64,000 nt of DNA from Octopus vulgaris (taxonomy: Eukaryota): contig OX597831.1 in assembly GCA_951406725.2 (NCBI GenBank), positions 43,214,001 through 43,278,000 on the forward strand, given 5' to 3'. Both the position numbers and the translations under genes were made by a program. Position 1 is the stretch's first letter. Every line of letters starts with the position of its first letter. Under the pieces are notes generated by a model that worked only from the letters and a program-made list of their open reading frames with translations, did no database searches and was not told where the DNA came from. Shown one piece after another: positions 25,995 to 39,041 of this stretch.

Positions 25995-26290
25995 ATCATC
26001 ATCACCATCATTATCGTTTAACGTCCACTTTCCATGCTAGCATGGGTTGGACGATTTGACTGAAGACTGGCGAACCAGATGGCTGCACCAGGCTCCAATC
26101 TGATCTGGCAGAGTTTCTACAGCTGGATGCCCTTCCTAACGCCAACCACTCCGTGAGTAGTGGGTGCTTTTACGTGCCACCGGCACGAGGGCCAGTCAGG
26201 CGGTACTGGCAGCGGTCACGGAAAAATCGTGGGGCTTTTTTACGTGTCACCTGCACATCGGCACAAGTGCCAGTAAGGCGACGCTGGTAA
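25995..26290 (-). mobile_element. SINE/retroposon family D with (GAT)n tail
   Basis: GGATGCCCTTCCTAACGCCAACCAC motif; copies at 35990-36243 and 46550-47245. Confidence 0.75.
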
Positions 26291-26317
26291 GTAAGTAATA
26301 ATAATAATAATAATAAT

Positions 26318-26845
26318 TGCCCTGATGCAGTACCAGACAGTGGCTCTCATGGCTTCTGATCTTAACTGACTTGGAAGTGTTATCATGTGTACGTTTTGTC
26401 TTGGTATAAATGATGGGCTACAGAAAATATTCTGCTCAATACCACAGATTTGCTTGTCAGTTGTTTGACCTTAACTAGTTGAGCATGTCCCTTAGTGGCT
26501 GACGATATGTGCATCTCTGATCACGAGCAGTAGTGGGGGAGCACCATAGCCATGTGTCGAGAGGGATTCTTTGGGGCTTGAATAATTCACCTCTGGAAAC
26601 ATGGGTGTTTCGTTCGACATCCTTAAACAACCCCTATTCGGGGACCTTTTGAGCGGGATGGTTACTCAACCAGAAGAAAATTCTAACTGGGCCCCACCTG
26701 CAAGGTCGTGTGCTGTTGTGATGCACATATGGTTGTGATGCATGTGCCTAGTGTACTCTTATCAGACGGGTAGTCATGATGAGATTACTGGGCTTCGTTT
26801 ATTTTACCCCAGTGCCACTTTGGTGGCATGCACTGCTCTCTCACT

Positions 26846-26850
<5 letters not shown>
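26318..26850 (+). mobile_element. Retroposon embedded in (TAA)n, Dong/R4-like target preference
   Basis: (TAA)n on both sides; 3' end GGCATGCACTGCTCTCTCACTC(AAT)n shared with 7340-7520. Confidence 0.6.
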
Positions 26851-26911
<61 letters not shown>

Positions 26912-26913
<2 letters not shown>

Positions 26914-27256
26914 TCTATTATAGGCACAAGGCCTGAAGTCTTATTTCATCGACCCCAAAAGGATGAAAGGCAAAGTCGAGCTCGGTAAAATTTGAACTCA
27001 GAACATAGCGACTGGTGAAATACCTATTTCTTTACTATCCACAAGGGGCTAAACACAGAGAGGACAAACAAGGACAGACAAACGGATTAAGTCGATTATA
27101 TCGACTCCAGTGCGTAACTGGTACTTATTTGATCGACCCCGAAAGGATGAAAGGCAAAGTCGACCTCGGTGGAATTTGAACTCACAACATAACGGCAGAC
27201 GAAATACCGCTAAGCATTTCGCCTGGCGTGCTAACGTTTCTGCCAGCTCGCTGCCT
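26912..27256 (-). mobile_element. SINE family A composite
   Basis: Two bodies joined at GAAATAC|CTATTTCTTT. Confidence 0.8.
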
Positions 27257-27893
27257 TATAATAACAACAATAATAACAATAATAATAATGATGATGATGA
27301 TGATTATGATGATAATGATGATTTTAATTTCTTTTATTTGCCACCATGGCAAAGGATGAGGGGAACAATACAAAGACAGACATAAAGTGGGGCGATTTAC
27401 ATATAATGGAATAATAAAAAAAAAGGTATACCTTAAAAGAAGGGAAATATACAAAGTATACGACACTAAGAAGAAAAACAAATGTGATAATGATGGGATC
27501 CTCCTAATACCGGAGTACCTCTAGGGATAATCGAGGATAATCCGAGATTGCCCAGGTCTACACTCAGAGTGGTACCACCTCTCCACTTTCACTCTCCTTT
27601 TCAAATGAAACGACGAGGGTTTTACCAAAGAGGAATGTCGCTGTTCTTATTCCTTTCAGCCTTGTTCAAATTTTGGCACAAGATCAGCAGTTTCGGGGAA
27701 GAGGAATAATCGATTACACAGACACCAGTTTTCAGCTGGTGTTTATTTAATCGACCCCGAAAGGATAAAAGCAAAGTCGACCTCGGCGGAATTTGAACTC
27801 AGAACGTAAAAACGTACAATATGCCGCTAAGCACTTTTCCTGTGTGGTAACAATTCTGCCAGCTCTCCGCCTATTGCAGCACCTGCGGCTGGT

Positions 27894-28416
27894 TCTTCTT
27901 CTTCTTCTTCTTCTTCTTCTTCTTCTTCTTCTTCTTCTTCTTCTTCCAATCAGGACTCACGCTCTTAGCCACAAAGAATAATATCTAATTCGAGCCTACT
28001 CTAAGCTACTAAGAATGCGTTTGGCAACTTGAAGATCCACCCACCACACGCGATAGACTGACGGTTGGACGGGCGCGAAAGCTACGTTGTTATCTTCATT
28101 CCGTAAACGGTGGCTTTTAACCCGGTGGAGAGCTGAACCATCCTGGGGTACAGAGGATTCGCAATCTAGATTAGGGTCTGAAAGTTTACCACACCATAGT
28201 GTGGTTACACCATGGTTCCTCTGCTTTGTGGCAGAAAGAGTGAGAGAAAGTTGTGGTGAAAGAGTACAGCGGTGTTGACCACCCCCATCCGCTGGAGCCT
28301 CGTGGAGCTTAGGTGTTTTGCTCAATAAACACTCATACTGCCCGGTCGGGGAATAGAAACCGCGTTTTTATGACCGCGAGTTCACTGCCCTGACCACTGG
28401 ACCATTGCACCTCCAC
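27894..28416 (-). mobile_element. SINE family C with long (GAA)n tail and 11-bp TSD
   Basis: CTGCGGCTGGT 27883-27893 / CTGCGGTTGGT 28416-28426. Confidence 0.85.
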
Positions 28417-28609
28417 TGCGGTTGGTGCTGCCGCTGCTGCTTTAAGTTATGGAACAACTGTTGTTATTGTTGTTGGTGGTGGTGTCTCTCTCTTCTCCAA
28501 GCAATGTTTTTTTATCTCTTTATGTATTTGCTTCACTTCTGTTGACAATTTCAAGATGCCTCCAGGATAAAGAGACAGAGTGCTAATATTGATAGTGTGC
28601 TTTGGTGCA

Positions 28610-28668
28610 TGTGTGGAGTGTGTATATGTATGTGTACAGGAAATAATAAGAGAGAGAGAGAGAGAGAA

Positions 28669-28701
<33 letters not shown>

Positions 28702-28707
28702 GTATGT

Positions 28708-28744
<37 letters not shown>

Positions 28745-28879
28745 AAGGAATAGAGATATGTGTACAAGAGACAGAGAGTGTGCAAGAAATAGAGAGACAG
28801 ACACACAGACAGACAGAGAACGTGTGTATTTGTTTGTGTGTATGTGTGTGTATGTATGCAAGAGATAAAGAGAAAGTAT

Positions 28880-28919
<40 letters not shown>

Positions 28920-29016
28920 AAGGAATAGAGATATGTGTACAAGAGACAGACACACGGACAGACAGAGAACGTGTGTGTTTGTTTGTGTGTGTATGTGTGC
29001 AAGAGATAAAGAGAAA

Positions 29017-29054
<38 letters not shown>

Positions 29055-29227
29055 AAGGAATAGAGATATGTGTTCAAGAGACAGAGAGTGTGCAAGAAAT
29101 AGAGAGACAGACACACAGGCAGACAGAGAACGTGTGTGTTTGTTTGTGTGTGTATGTGTGCAAGAGATAAAGAGAAAGTATGTGTGTGTGTGTGTTTGTG
29201 TTTGTGTGTGTGTATGTGTGTGTGTGT
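28610..29227. repeat. Higher-order tandem repeat of (GT)n plus GA-rich spacer (about 3 units)
   Basis: GCAAGGAATAGAGATATGTG and GCAAGAGATAAAGAGAAAGTAT each occur three times. Confidence 0.85.
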
Positions 29228-29385
29228 AATATGTGGATAGGAGGTAGGGAGAACTGCGTATGTGTGGTTGGGTAAATGCGTATGTCCTTTTGTAATGTGA
29301 ATAGAATCAACTGAAAAACAATTTCTATTTAATAACAAGGCGAAATACCAATTACCGAACGAGTTTTTGAGTTAATTAAACAATA

Positions 29386-29437
<52 letters not shown>

Positions 29438-29801
29438 TGTGTCTGTGTGTTTGATCGTACATGCAAATATATTTACTTACACCTATATAACGGTACATAC
29501 ATACATAAGTGATTATGCATGCACGTATGTATGTATGTATGTATGTATGTATGTATGTATGTATGTATGTATGTATGTATGTATGTATGTATGTATGTAT
29601 GTCAGGTCACTTTCGAGTACGAATGAATGAATGAATGAATGAATGAAATAAAGTATTTAATCCAAAATCGTTAGTCCAACAAAATATATTTTGTTTGGCC
29701 TAAGGCTTTTCGGATAATGATCATGGATTTAATATTCTATTTACTTTCAGACCTATCTTTCAGTTGGACATAGCTTCTTTTAAACTTGTCATCCCTTTGT
29801 A

Positions 29802-29850
<49 letters not shown>

Positions 29851-30371
29851 GCGTGCATTTGTGCGTGTGTCTGTTTACTTGCCTGTTTGTCTGACTATGT
29901 ATGTATATAGTGAGAATTTACAAAAAAAAAAAAAATAAATAAACCAAGACAGGTGTGTAAAACAACAAACAGATGTATTAGTTTAACGCTCGGGAAGTGA
30001 GAAAGTCTTTTACGTTTCGAGGCTATGCTCTTCGACAGAAAGGAACATAGTAATAAAAAGAGAGAGAAAATAGAAAAAGGTATAGTGGCTAGCGATCTAT
30101 CATGGCGATGTATGTATATTTGTGTACATAGGAAACAACATTTCGTTCAAATATGTTATCTGAAAAACATCGCCATGTTCGAGTTTGATGGGGTTTTTCT
30201 TTCTGTTTTTTTTTATCATAAACTTTTTTTTTTTTCATATTCCCAAATTAGTCTTTTATGTTTAGTTTTAAACGATGACGTTCCTGAATCCATTAGTTTG
30301 ACATTTCGAGTCGTTCGCAAATACGTTTCCAAAATAAGCTGTTGTGATAGCATGTTGTCACGCGCTTTACG

Positions 30372-30410
<39 letters not shown>

Positions 30411-30765
30411 GCGCGCGCGCACACAGATATATGGATATATATATAAATTATTAAGGTGATTATTCACAACTTACAACCAAAAGGCACAAGCACGTGCAAG
30501 TTACCACCAGGATTGCTAAGAGTCAAAACAACTCTTAGCCACGGGGCAAAGCACTATCTATTGACTGACAAAGGAGATGACCTCCCTACAGCAAGAGAGA
30601 GCATAACATCATCGACGATTTGGGATAAAATTAATCCTCATCAGTGACATTAGTCCGTTGCCTAGGGCTAACAGTTGTTTTGACTCTTATTTCTAGCAAT
30701 GCTGTTACTGGCTTGCACCGTTAGTCACTTTAGTGACGATTGTATATACATATGTGTATATACAA

Positions 30766-30990
30766 GGCGGCGAGCTGGCAGAAACGTTAGCACGCTGGGT
30801 GAAATGCTTACCCAGTCTGCTGCTACGTTCTGAGTTCAAATTCCGCCGAGGTCGACTTTGTCTTTCATCCTTTCGGGGTCGATTAAATAACTACCAGTTA
30901 CGCACTGGGGTCGATGTAATCGACTTAATCCCTTTGTCTGTCCTTGTTTGTCCCCTCTATGTTTAGCCCCTTGTGGCCAATAAAGAAATA
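30766..30990 (+). mobile_element. SINE family A monomer, full length with tail
   Basis: Head through CCCCTTGTGGCCAATAAAGAAATA; TGTATATACATATGTGT on both flanks. Confidence 0.85.
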
Positions 30991-31144
30991 TGTATATACA
31001 TATGTGTGTGTGTGTGTGCACGCGCGTGTGTGCAGGCTTGCTTCAACTTACATTGATAATTGGTTCCACGACACGACATGCGTCATTACACGAAATCTCA
31101 AAAGAGCGAAGTCGAAAAAGACGCAACTCGACAGTACAGAAGTT

Positions 31145-31241
<97 letters not shown>

Positions 31242-31297
31242 ACATACGTGCATATATACGTACATACGCACACGGATAAAGAGTGTGCGTGTATGAA

Positions 31298-31339
<42 letters not shown>

Positions 31340-31702
31340 AAGGGAGAAATCATGTAAAGTGAAAAATGTAATGTTATGAAGTAATGAGGGGACAAACAAA
31401 CAAACGATGCACTAAGTCACACAAGCAAAACACATGACTAAAATGCGTAGAAGTATAAAGGTGAACAGCAATGAGAAATTGTAAAGCGAAAATAAATACA
31501 CGAATGAAAGATACAGAAGAGAATCTAAAGTTTCTAGTGATACACTTTATCAGAAAAAATGGATATGAATAAAAGCAGCAAATGAAAAAAAAGAGCATAT
31601 CGAATTCACGACGTCTGTTTACATGGCAGGCCGAGTGTAGAATGGAAAGAAGGGAATGTGATAGAAGGAGCGGAATTAAAGATACAATTTGGATCACAGT
31701 GA

Positions 31703-31742
<40 letters not shown>

Positions 31743-32231
31743 AATTAGAGAGAGGTCAGAAAGAGAGAGAAGGGCGGAGTGAAAAGAAAGAAATTGGGGA
31801 GAGGTCAGAAAGAGGGAGAAAGACGGAATGGAGAGAGAGAACGTGAGAGGAGAGGCACAAAAGGAAGAAAATGAGTAAGAAGGTGAAAGAAATATTGCGC
31901 GCATGATATGCATGCGTGTGTATCGTATGTTCAGTCACTGATGTCTATGGTTATGTGGCCTGTGATATATCAATAAGAGTGATGTGCTATGACAAGGTTT
32001 AGTGTGGAGAGGAAGAATGCACTATGGTAGGATGCAATTGTGTAAATGTAACTGCACTATTTATGCGACTGCAACCAAGGTGGAAGATGAGGTATTGTTC
32101 TTTGTGACAGCAAAAAGTATGGGATGTGTTGCGTTGTGTTATAAACATCACCACAAATTGGAATGAGGAAAATAGCGTGTACAAGCGAGTAGAATTGGCG
32201 ATACAAACTTATGGTCGGCTACATCAATATA

Positions 32232-32536
32232 TGGATGGATGGAAGCACTCCATCGGTTACGACGACGAGGATTCCGGTTGATCCGAATCAACGGAACAAC
32301 CTGCTCGTGAAATTAACGTGTAAGTGGCTGAGCACTCCACAGACACGTGTACCCTTCACGTAGTTCTCGGGGATATTCAGCGTGACACAGAGAGTGACAA
32401 GGCCGGCCCTTTGAAATACAGGTACAACAGAAACAGGAAGTAAGAGTAAGAGAAAGTTGTGGTGAAAGAGTACAGCAGGGATCACCACCATCCCCTGCCG
32501 GAGCCTCGTGGAGCTTTAGGTGTTTTCGCTCAATAA
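32232..32536 (-). mobile_element. SINE family C body with a different 3' tail
   Basis: 32440-32536 matches the family C body; the rest is unrelated to the GAA-tailed copies and ends in (ATCC)n. Confidence 0.7.
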
Positions 32537-32648
32537 CATCAATATATAAGGGACCACAGAACAGATATTTAAGACAGGAAGTAACATTTCTTGTGATAAG
32601 AAAGCGACGCTTGTTGTGTCCAAGGAGTATGGGAGTGTTGTCGATGTA

Positions 32649-32864
32649 CGAAGGGTGTTGAAAAGTCCCTTATTTGGGGTAAAAGAAAATACAGGAGGAT
32701 CAGTTAATTATGATTCTATTTAACATGTTCCCCTCTCAGATTCACACACTTATTGCAGTGGTCCTTTAGTTTTTCTGAGCCCTATAAAAGAACTCGGAAG
32801 GTTGGGCCTAGAATCAGGCCTTTCGTGATACCCTTAAAACCAGGAACTTTTCAGCGTCCCCTCG
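32649..32864. mobile_element. mariner-type MITE
   Basis: TA|CGAAGGGTGTTGAAAAGT ... ACTTTTCAGCGTCCCCTCG|TA. Confidence 0.75.
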
Positions 32865-33577
32865 TAAAGACATGCCCTACGTCGGACTTGAGAGCAGGGG
32901 AAATCTTGGTTGGGTGTTAGGAGAAGTAGAGGAACTACTGACTAAAATATCCGGCAAATTAGGGGCCCCTTTGAAGAGATGGGGGTGATAATTAAAGGAA
33001 TATAGGGGAAGCGGCAGTGCCAAGGCAAAGAAGCGAGAAGTACGCTAGATTGATCGTTGAAGAAATAAGGAGTAGTGTGGAAGGTCAACGGGGACGAACA
33101 AACGGTTAAGGATGGAGCGAGTACATCATCCGGTTTGTAATCTGCTGTACAATTTCAGAGTTACTATTTGGGAGTAAAAATCTTAACTACATTAAGCATG
33201 TTACCCTTTGATTTCTATTGACATATTCCCAGATACTTGGCCGAAAGGAGAAACTAGTTGTCTAAATATTCATATCCTTCGTATGTATATTAACTGCTTA
33301 AGAAAAGAAAAAAAAAAGCCAATTGAAATAGCTCCCAGCTGATTACGGACTGTCTACTCACAAAATATCGGAAACCGTTTCAATTCTTCATTACTGTAAA
33401 TAATGCAAGGGAGATAATTCACATGCTACATAATTCATCTTTATCGTTTCGTGATGTTCTTTAATAAAACATGCTGCAATAAGTTACGGCAAGGGATAAC
33501 AAAATCGAAATGATTTTTCATAAGTTTTAAGACATGGACAATTACTATTTCAGAATGTGATAAATAATTATGTAAAA

Positions 33578-33964
33578 CTAGCAGTATCGCCCGGCGTTGC
33601 TCGGGTTTGTAACGGAAATAACTATATAAGCATTTTTAGAGAGTTATAGCCAAAAAAATAGCAAAAAAATGCATTAAAAATGGAAAAAAATTATGGTAAT
33701 TTTTTTTTTAAATCGTTGACTCATCGTAGACATTTTTAGAAAGTTACTTCCCTTATATAATAGCGAAAAAATGCATTAAAATGGAAAAAAATGATGTTAA
33801 ATTTATTTTTAAATCGTAGACGCGCGCTAATACCCAGAAGGGCTCGATATGAATCACGACTATAAGATACCCGGTTTTGGTTAAACTGCACAGCAAAATG
33901 TGGGAGTAGTTAGGAATCTAAATCGTAGGAAACAGACACACAACTTCTCTTTTATATATAAAGA
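33578..33964 (-). mobile_element. Short non-autonomous Helitron
   Basis: Minus strand A|TCTTTATATATAAAA ... CCCGAGCAACGCCGGG hairpin ... CTAG|T: canonical TC...CTAG ends in an A|T site. Confidence 0.85.
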
Positions 33965-35079
33965 TTTATAAAAACTACCGGAAAAAGTTCTCTCCCTTAG
34001 AGAACATTAAATTTGGCAATCTTGAGCAAGGCACTTTATTTCACGTTGCTCCAGTTCACTCAGCTGTAGAAATGAGTTGCGACGTCACAGGTGCCAAGCT
34101 GTATCGACCTTTGTCTTTCCCTTGGATAACACTGGTGGCGTGGAGAGGGAGGCTGGTATGCATGGGCGACTGCTGGTCTTCCATAAACAACCTTGCCCAG
34201 ACTTGTGTCTAGGAGGGTAACTTTCTAGGTGCAATCCCATGGTCATTCATGACCGAAGGGGGTCTTTACCCTTACTGGATTAAATGTTACTTCATTCTAT
34301 TTCCCCCTCTGCGAGTTCGAAAAAAAATTGTACACAGCTCAATTCAACTGATTATATATAGTCTTTTAAAATTTGTGGTTGCTTTATGTCAGCTCAACTA
34401 TCAAAATCAAGCGACCTTGTAAATTATTTCGTAGCTCGTAGCATATTTCGATAGAAACAATCCTTTCTACTAAAGACACAAGGCCTGAAAATTGCGGGGA
34501 GAGGACTAAGTCAATTACAACGACTCCAGTTCGCAACTGGTACTTAATTTATCGACCCCGAAAAGATGAAAAGCAAAGTTGACCTCGGCGGAATTTGAAC
34601 TCAGAACGTTCACACCGGACGAAATACTGCTAAGCATTTCGCCTGGCGTGCTAACGATTCTGAATTCTTTATTACCCACAAGGGGCGAAATACAGAGGGG
34701 ACAATACAAGACAATACAAACATGTGGGTAGACGAAAACGGATGAAAGTCTGAAATGGAAAAATGAAAGATGTAATGGTGACTCTCGGCCCCACATCCGG
34801 GTGCCTTCATTTCACTTTTGATTACTTTTTTCAAAAATCGGAAACGTTAATATTAAAGTCTGATTTAAAATTTTCAGCATTTATCACGTACACTCTTTTA
34901 CTTGTTTCAGTCATTTGACTGCGGCCATGCTGGAGCACCACCTTTAGTTGAGCAAATCGACCCCAGGACTTATTCTTTGTAAGCCTAGAACTTATTCTAT
35001 CGGTTTCTTTTGCCGATCCGCTAGGTTACGGGGACGTAAACACAGCACCATCGGTTGTTAAGCGATGTTGGGGCGACAA

Positions 35080-35121
<42 letters not shown>

Positions 35122-35838
35122 GAGGGGCTTCTTTCAGTTTCCGTCTATCAAATCCACTCACAAGGCTACAGTAGAAGACACTAGCCCGAGGTGCCACGCA
35201 GTGGGACTGAACCCAGAATCCTGTGGTTGGGTAAGCAAGCTACTTCGACGTATTTCACTTTGTCCTCGAACTTCTCCAATTTCTCTTTATCATTTGTATT
35301 GATTATAACACATCTCAAATGCGTGCGGATTTCATTCCACACATTTACCAATGTCGTAGTTTCCCAGCTCTTGATTTCACTTAACAATTTGTTTATTCAT
35401 TAGTTCGTAAAAAAAATTATTAATCTTGTTACCTTCCTTTCTTTTCCTTTTTTTTTTATTTTACGGGGAGGGGTTGGGAGTTTTGGGACACCTATGTGTG
35501 CACGTAAGTTTTTTTTCAATGCCTGATTTCTTGGTCAAATGTAATGCTTATTTATTCACATTGTTTTGAATTAATCATGCATTATCTTGTACCCTGGAGA
35601 TTTTGACAGTTTATTTTTAGCATAACATTGTAGGGTAAGTTTGAGAAGTCAGACATGGCTAATTTTGATGTTAAACAGGTAGAATATTTTGGCCAGATAT
35701 GGCTGGTTTTAATGGTTTATTTGTAGAATCTTGACTTGAGTTCAGTTCATGCTGGCCACTAGATATAATCATTAATGTGATCTTATCCTGAATCCATTAA
35801 GAATAAATATATATGGATATAAATACATATATATATAA

Positions 35839-35882
<44 letters not shown>

Positions 35883-36540
35883 TCATAATAGAATATAAGG
35901 TTAAAAATCACGTTAATGATTTTTATCAAGTAGTCAGCAAGCTATAAAAATTTATAGGCAATTTATACATTAAATTAATAATAATATACATCCCGTGCCA
36001 GTGGCACATAAAAAGCACCATCTGATCGTGGCCGTTTGCCAGAATCGTCTGGCACCTGTGCCGGTGGCACGTAAAAAGCACCCACTACACTCATGGAGTG
36101 GTTGGCGTTAGGAAGGCCATCCAGCCGTAGAAACATTGCCAGATCAAACTGGGCCTGGTGCAGCCTTCTGGCTTCCCAGACCCCAGTTGAACCGTCCAGC
36201 CCAAGCTAGCGGATGCTAAACGATGATGATGATGATGATGATGATATGTATGTAATTATACTAAGAGAGCAAGGGCGAAAACACTGGGGATAGGTCATTT
36301 TCGCCCTTGCTCCCTTAATATAATTATATACATATTATTAATTTATATATATATATTATTAATTATATATATATGGAATACTGCAGCTTTGCTCAAACAT
36401 ACATGTGGGTACAAGGGATAAATGTGTATTCAAATTTGGCTGTGTAAATTTTGGAAGTGTTGGTTGGATATCTGTTGCACAAGGACACTCGATCGTGTAC
36501 ATATTTAACCCTAGCAGTTTCAAATTTTATATTCGGAATG

Positions 36541-36600
36541 CTACACTGATGATGAGAAATAAGTAAGTAAACATACTTTAATCTCGAAACGTGTTTGTGG
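36541..36600 (+). ncRNA. Minimal type I hammerhead ribozyme motif (Penelope-like element type)
   Basis: CTACA-CTGATGA-T-GAGA..TCTC-GAAA-C-GT-GTT-TGTGG: stem I CUACA/UGUGG, both core boxes, stem II, 2-bp stem III, GUU triplet. Confidence 0.6.
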
Positions 36601-36744
36601 CTAATCAGAGTCGTGTGGATTCATTATTTTTCTTTTTGCCTACATAAAAAAATATGTTACTGTCTGGGAGATTCTTAAGGTAGTAGAAAAGGAATTTTTA
36701 ACTCCTATTTCTAAATTCGGTGAAGCAATTAGCTGACCCCTAAT

Positions 36745-36792
<48 letters not shown>

Positions 36793-37221
36793 TCATGATG
36801 TGGGTTCTTTCAGTTTCTGTCTACCAGATCCACTCACAAGGCTTTGGTCGGCCTGAGGCTATAGAAGACACTTGCCCAAAGTGCCATGCAGTAGAACTGA
36901 ACCTGGAACCATGTGGTTGGGAAGCTGTCATTTTACCACACAGTCATGGTTTGAATAGTTTGATAGGAATTGGCAAGTAGAGGACTGTGTCAAACTCTAT
37001 TGTCTGCTTTGGCATGGCTTTTAAAGCTGGATGCCCTTCCCAATGCCAACCACTTTACAAAGTGTACTGGGCATTTTATATTTGGAACCAACACCAATAG
37101 GGTTGCTAAATAACTGGCAAGATATATAAGAATTCATAAACCTTTGAGAGAAAGTGAACATTATTTTTTGGAATGGTAGATCTTGAAGCACATAAAGCTA
37201 TAAATAATAGCACGTAAATAT

Positions 37222-37816
37222 TCTTTTCTACTCCAGGCACAAGGCTTGAAATTTGTGGGAGGGGACCAGTCGGATTAGATCAACCCCAATACGGAACTGA
37301 TATTTAATTTATCAACCCCACCAAAAGGATGAAAAACAAATTTGGAACGTAAAAGACAGACGAAATACCACTAAGCATTTCACTCGGCATGCTAACATTT
37401 CTTATTTCTTTACTACCCACAAGGGGCTACACACAAAGGGGACAAACAAGGACAGACAAATGGATTAAGTCGATTATATCGACCCCAGTGCGCAACTGGT
37501 ACTTATTTGATTGACCCTGAAAGGATGAAAGGCAAAGTCGACCTCGGCGAAATTTGAACTCAGAATGTAGTGGCAGACAAAATACCTATTTCTTTACTAC
37601 CCACAAGGGGCTAGACACAGAGAGGACAAACAAGGACAGACAAACGGACTAAGTCGATTACATCGGCCAGTGCGTAACTGGTACTTAATTTATCGACTCC
37701 AAAAGGATGAAAGGCAAAGTTGACCTCGGCGGAATTTGAACTCAGAACCTAACGGCAGACGAAATACAGCTAAGCATTTCACCCAGCATGCTAACGTTTC
37801 TGCCAGCTTGCCACCT
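37222..37816 (-). mobile_element. SINE family A trimeric composite
   Basis: Three bodies, two internal tails. Confidence 0.85.
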
Positions 37817-38335
37817 TATAGCATGCAGATATTGAGTTGAAAACCCTTTTGGACAGAAAAAATTGAAGGGTATATGTGTGTGTGTCCATGTCCACACATG
37901 TTCATCAATCGCATCACTTCACAACAAATGTTGGTTTGTTTACATCTTAAGTTAGCAGCTGAGTAAACAAAACTGAGTTGGAGAGAGTTGGTGGGAGAGA
38001 GTTGATTTGTTCAACTGACCCCACAAGGTGGTGCTTAAGCATAACTGCAGTTCAGTGACTGAAAAGAGTAAGTAAACAAAATAATAATTAAAACGAAAAA
38101 AGGGGAAAAAAAAAAAAAAGAAACACAGACATTTGTCAAACAAACATGTTTTCTTTAATCTCATGATAACAAACAATTAATTAACAATTAAATAAAAATG
38201 ATTTTAAAGTGTCGAAATATTTGGAAATAGCTTCAGTGAATTCAACACTTCAATTTTTCAATGTGAAGTGTATTCTAGCAAAAGGTCTCTCCCTGTTTTG
38301 TGCAACCTACACTCATTTCTAATGAGCTTGACAAA

Positions 38336-38394
<59 letters not shown>

Positions 38395-38399
38395 TATGT

Positions 38400-39041
38400 A
38401 GATATGCACACACGTATACACATACATAAACATACACACATATATAGACACCATACATCTACATACACACACATATACGTACATAAACACACGCATACAC
38501 GTAGATCTACATACAGACACACACGTACATCTACATACTCACGCACATGTACATATACACATGCACACGTACATATACACACGCACACGTACATATACAC
38601 ACGCACACGTACATATACACACGCACACGTACATATACACACGCACATATACACACGCACACGTACATATACACACGCACATATACACACGCACATGTAC
38701 ACACACATATACACGCACGTACATTTACATAAACACACACGCACATACATTTACACATGCACACACACGTACATTTACACACGGGCACACATACGTACAT
38801 TTACACACGGGCACACATACGTACATTTACACACGGGCACACATATGTACATTTACACACATGCACACATACTTATATTTACATACGGGCACACATACGT
38901 ACATTTACACGCGCACACACATTTACACACATGCATACACACATTTACATACATGCATACACGTACATTTACATACATGCATAAACACATAAGCATACAT
39001 ATACAAACATGTACATTTACATATACACACACACACACACA
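38400..39041. repeat. Complex AC/AT minisatellite (20-22 bp units such as ACATATACACACGCACACGT)
   Basis: Direct inspection. Confidence 0.85.
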
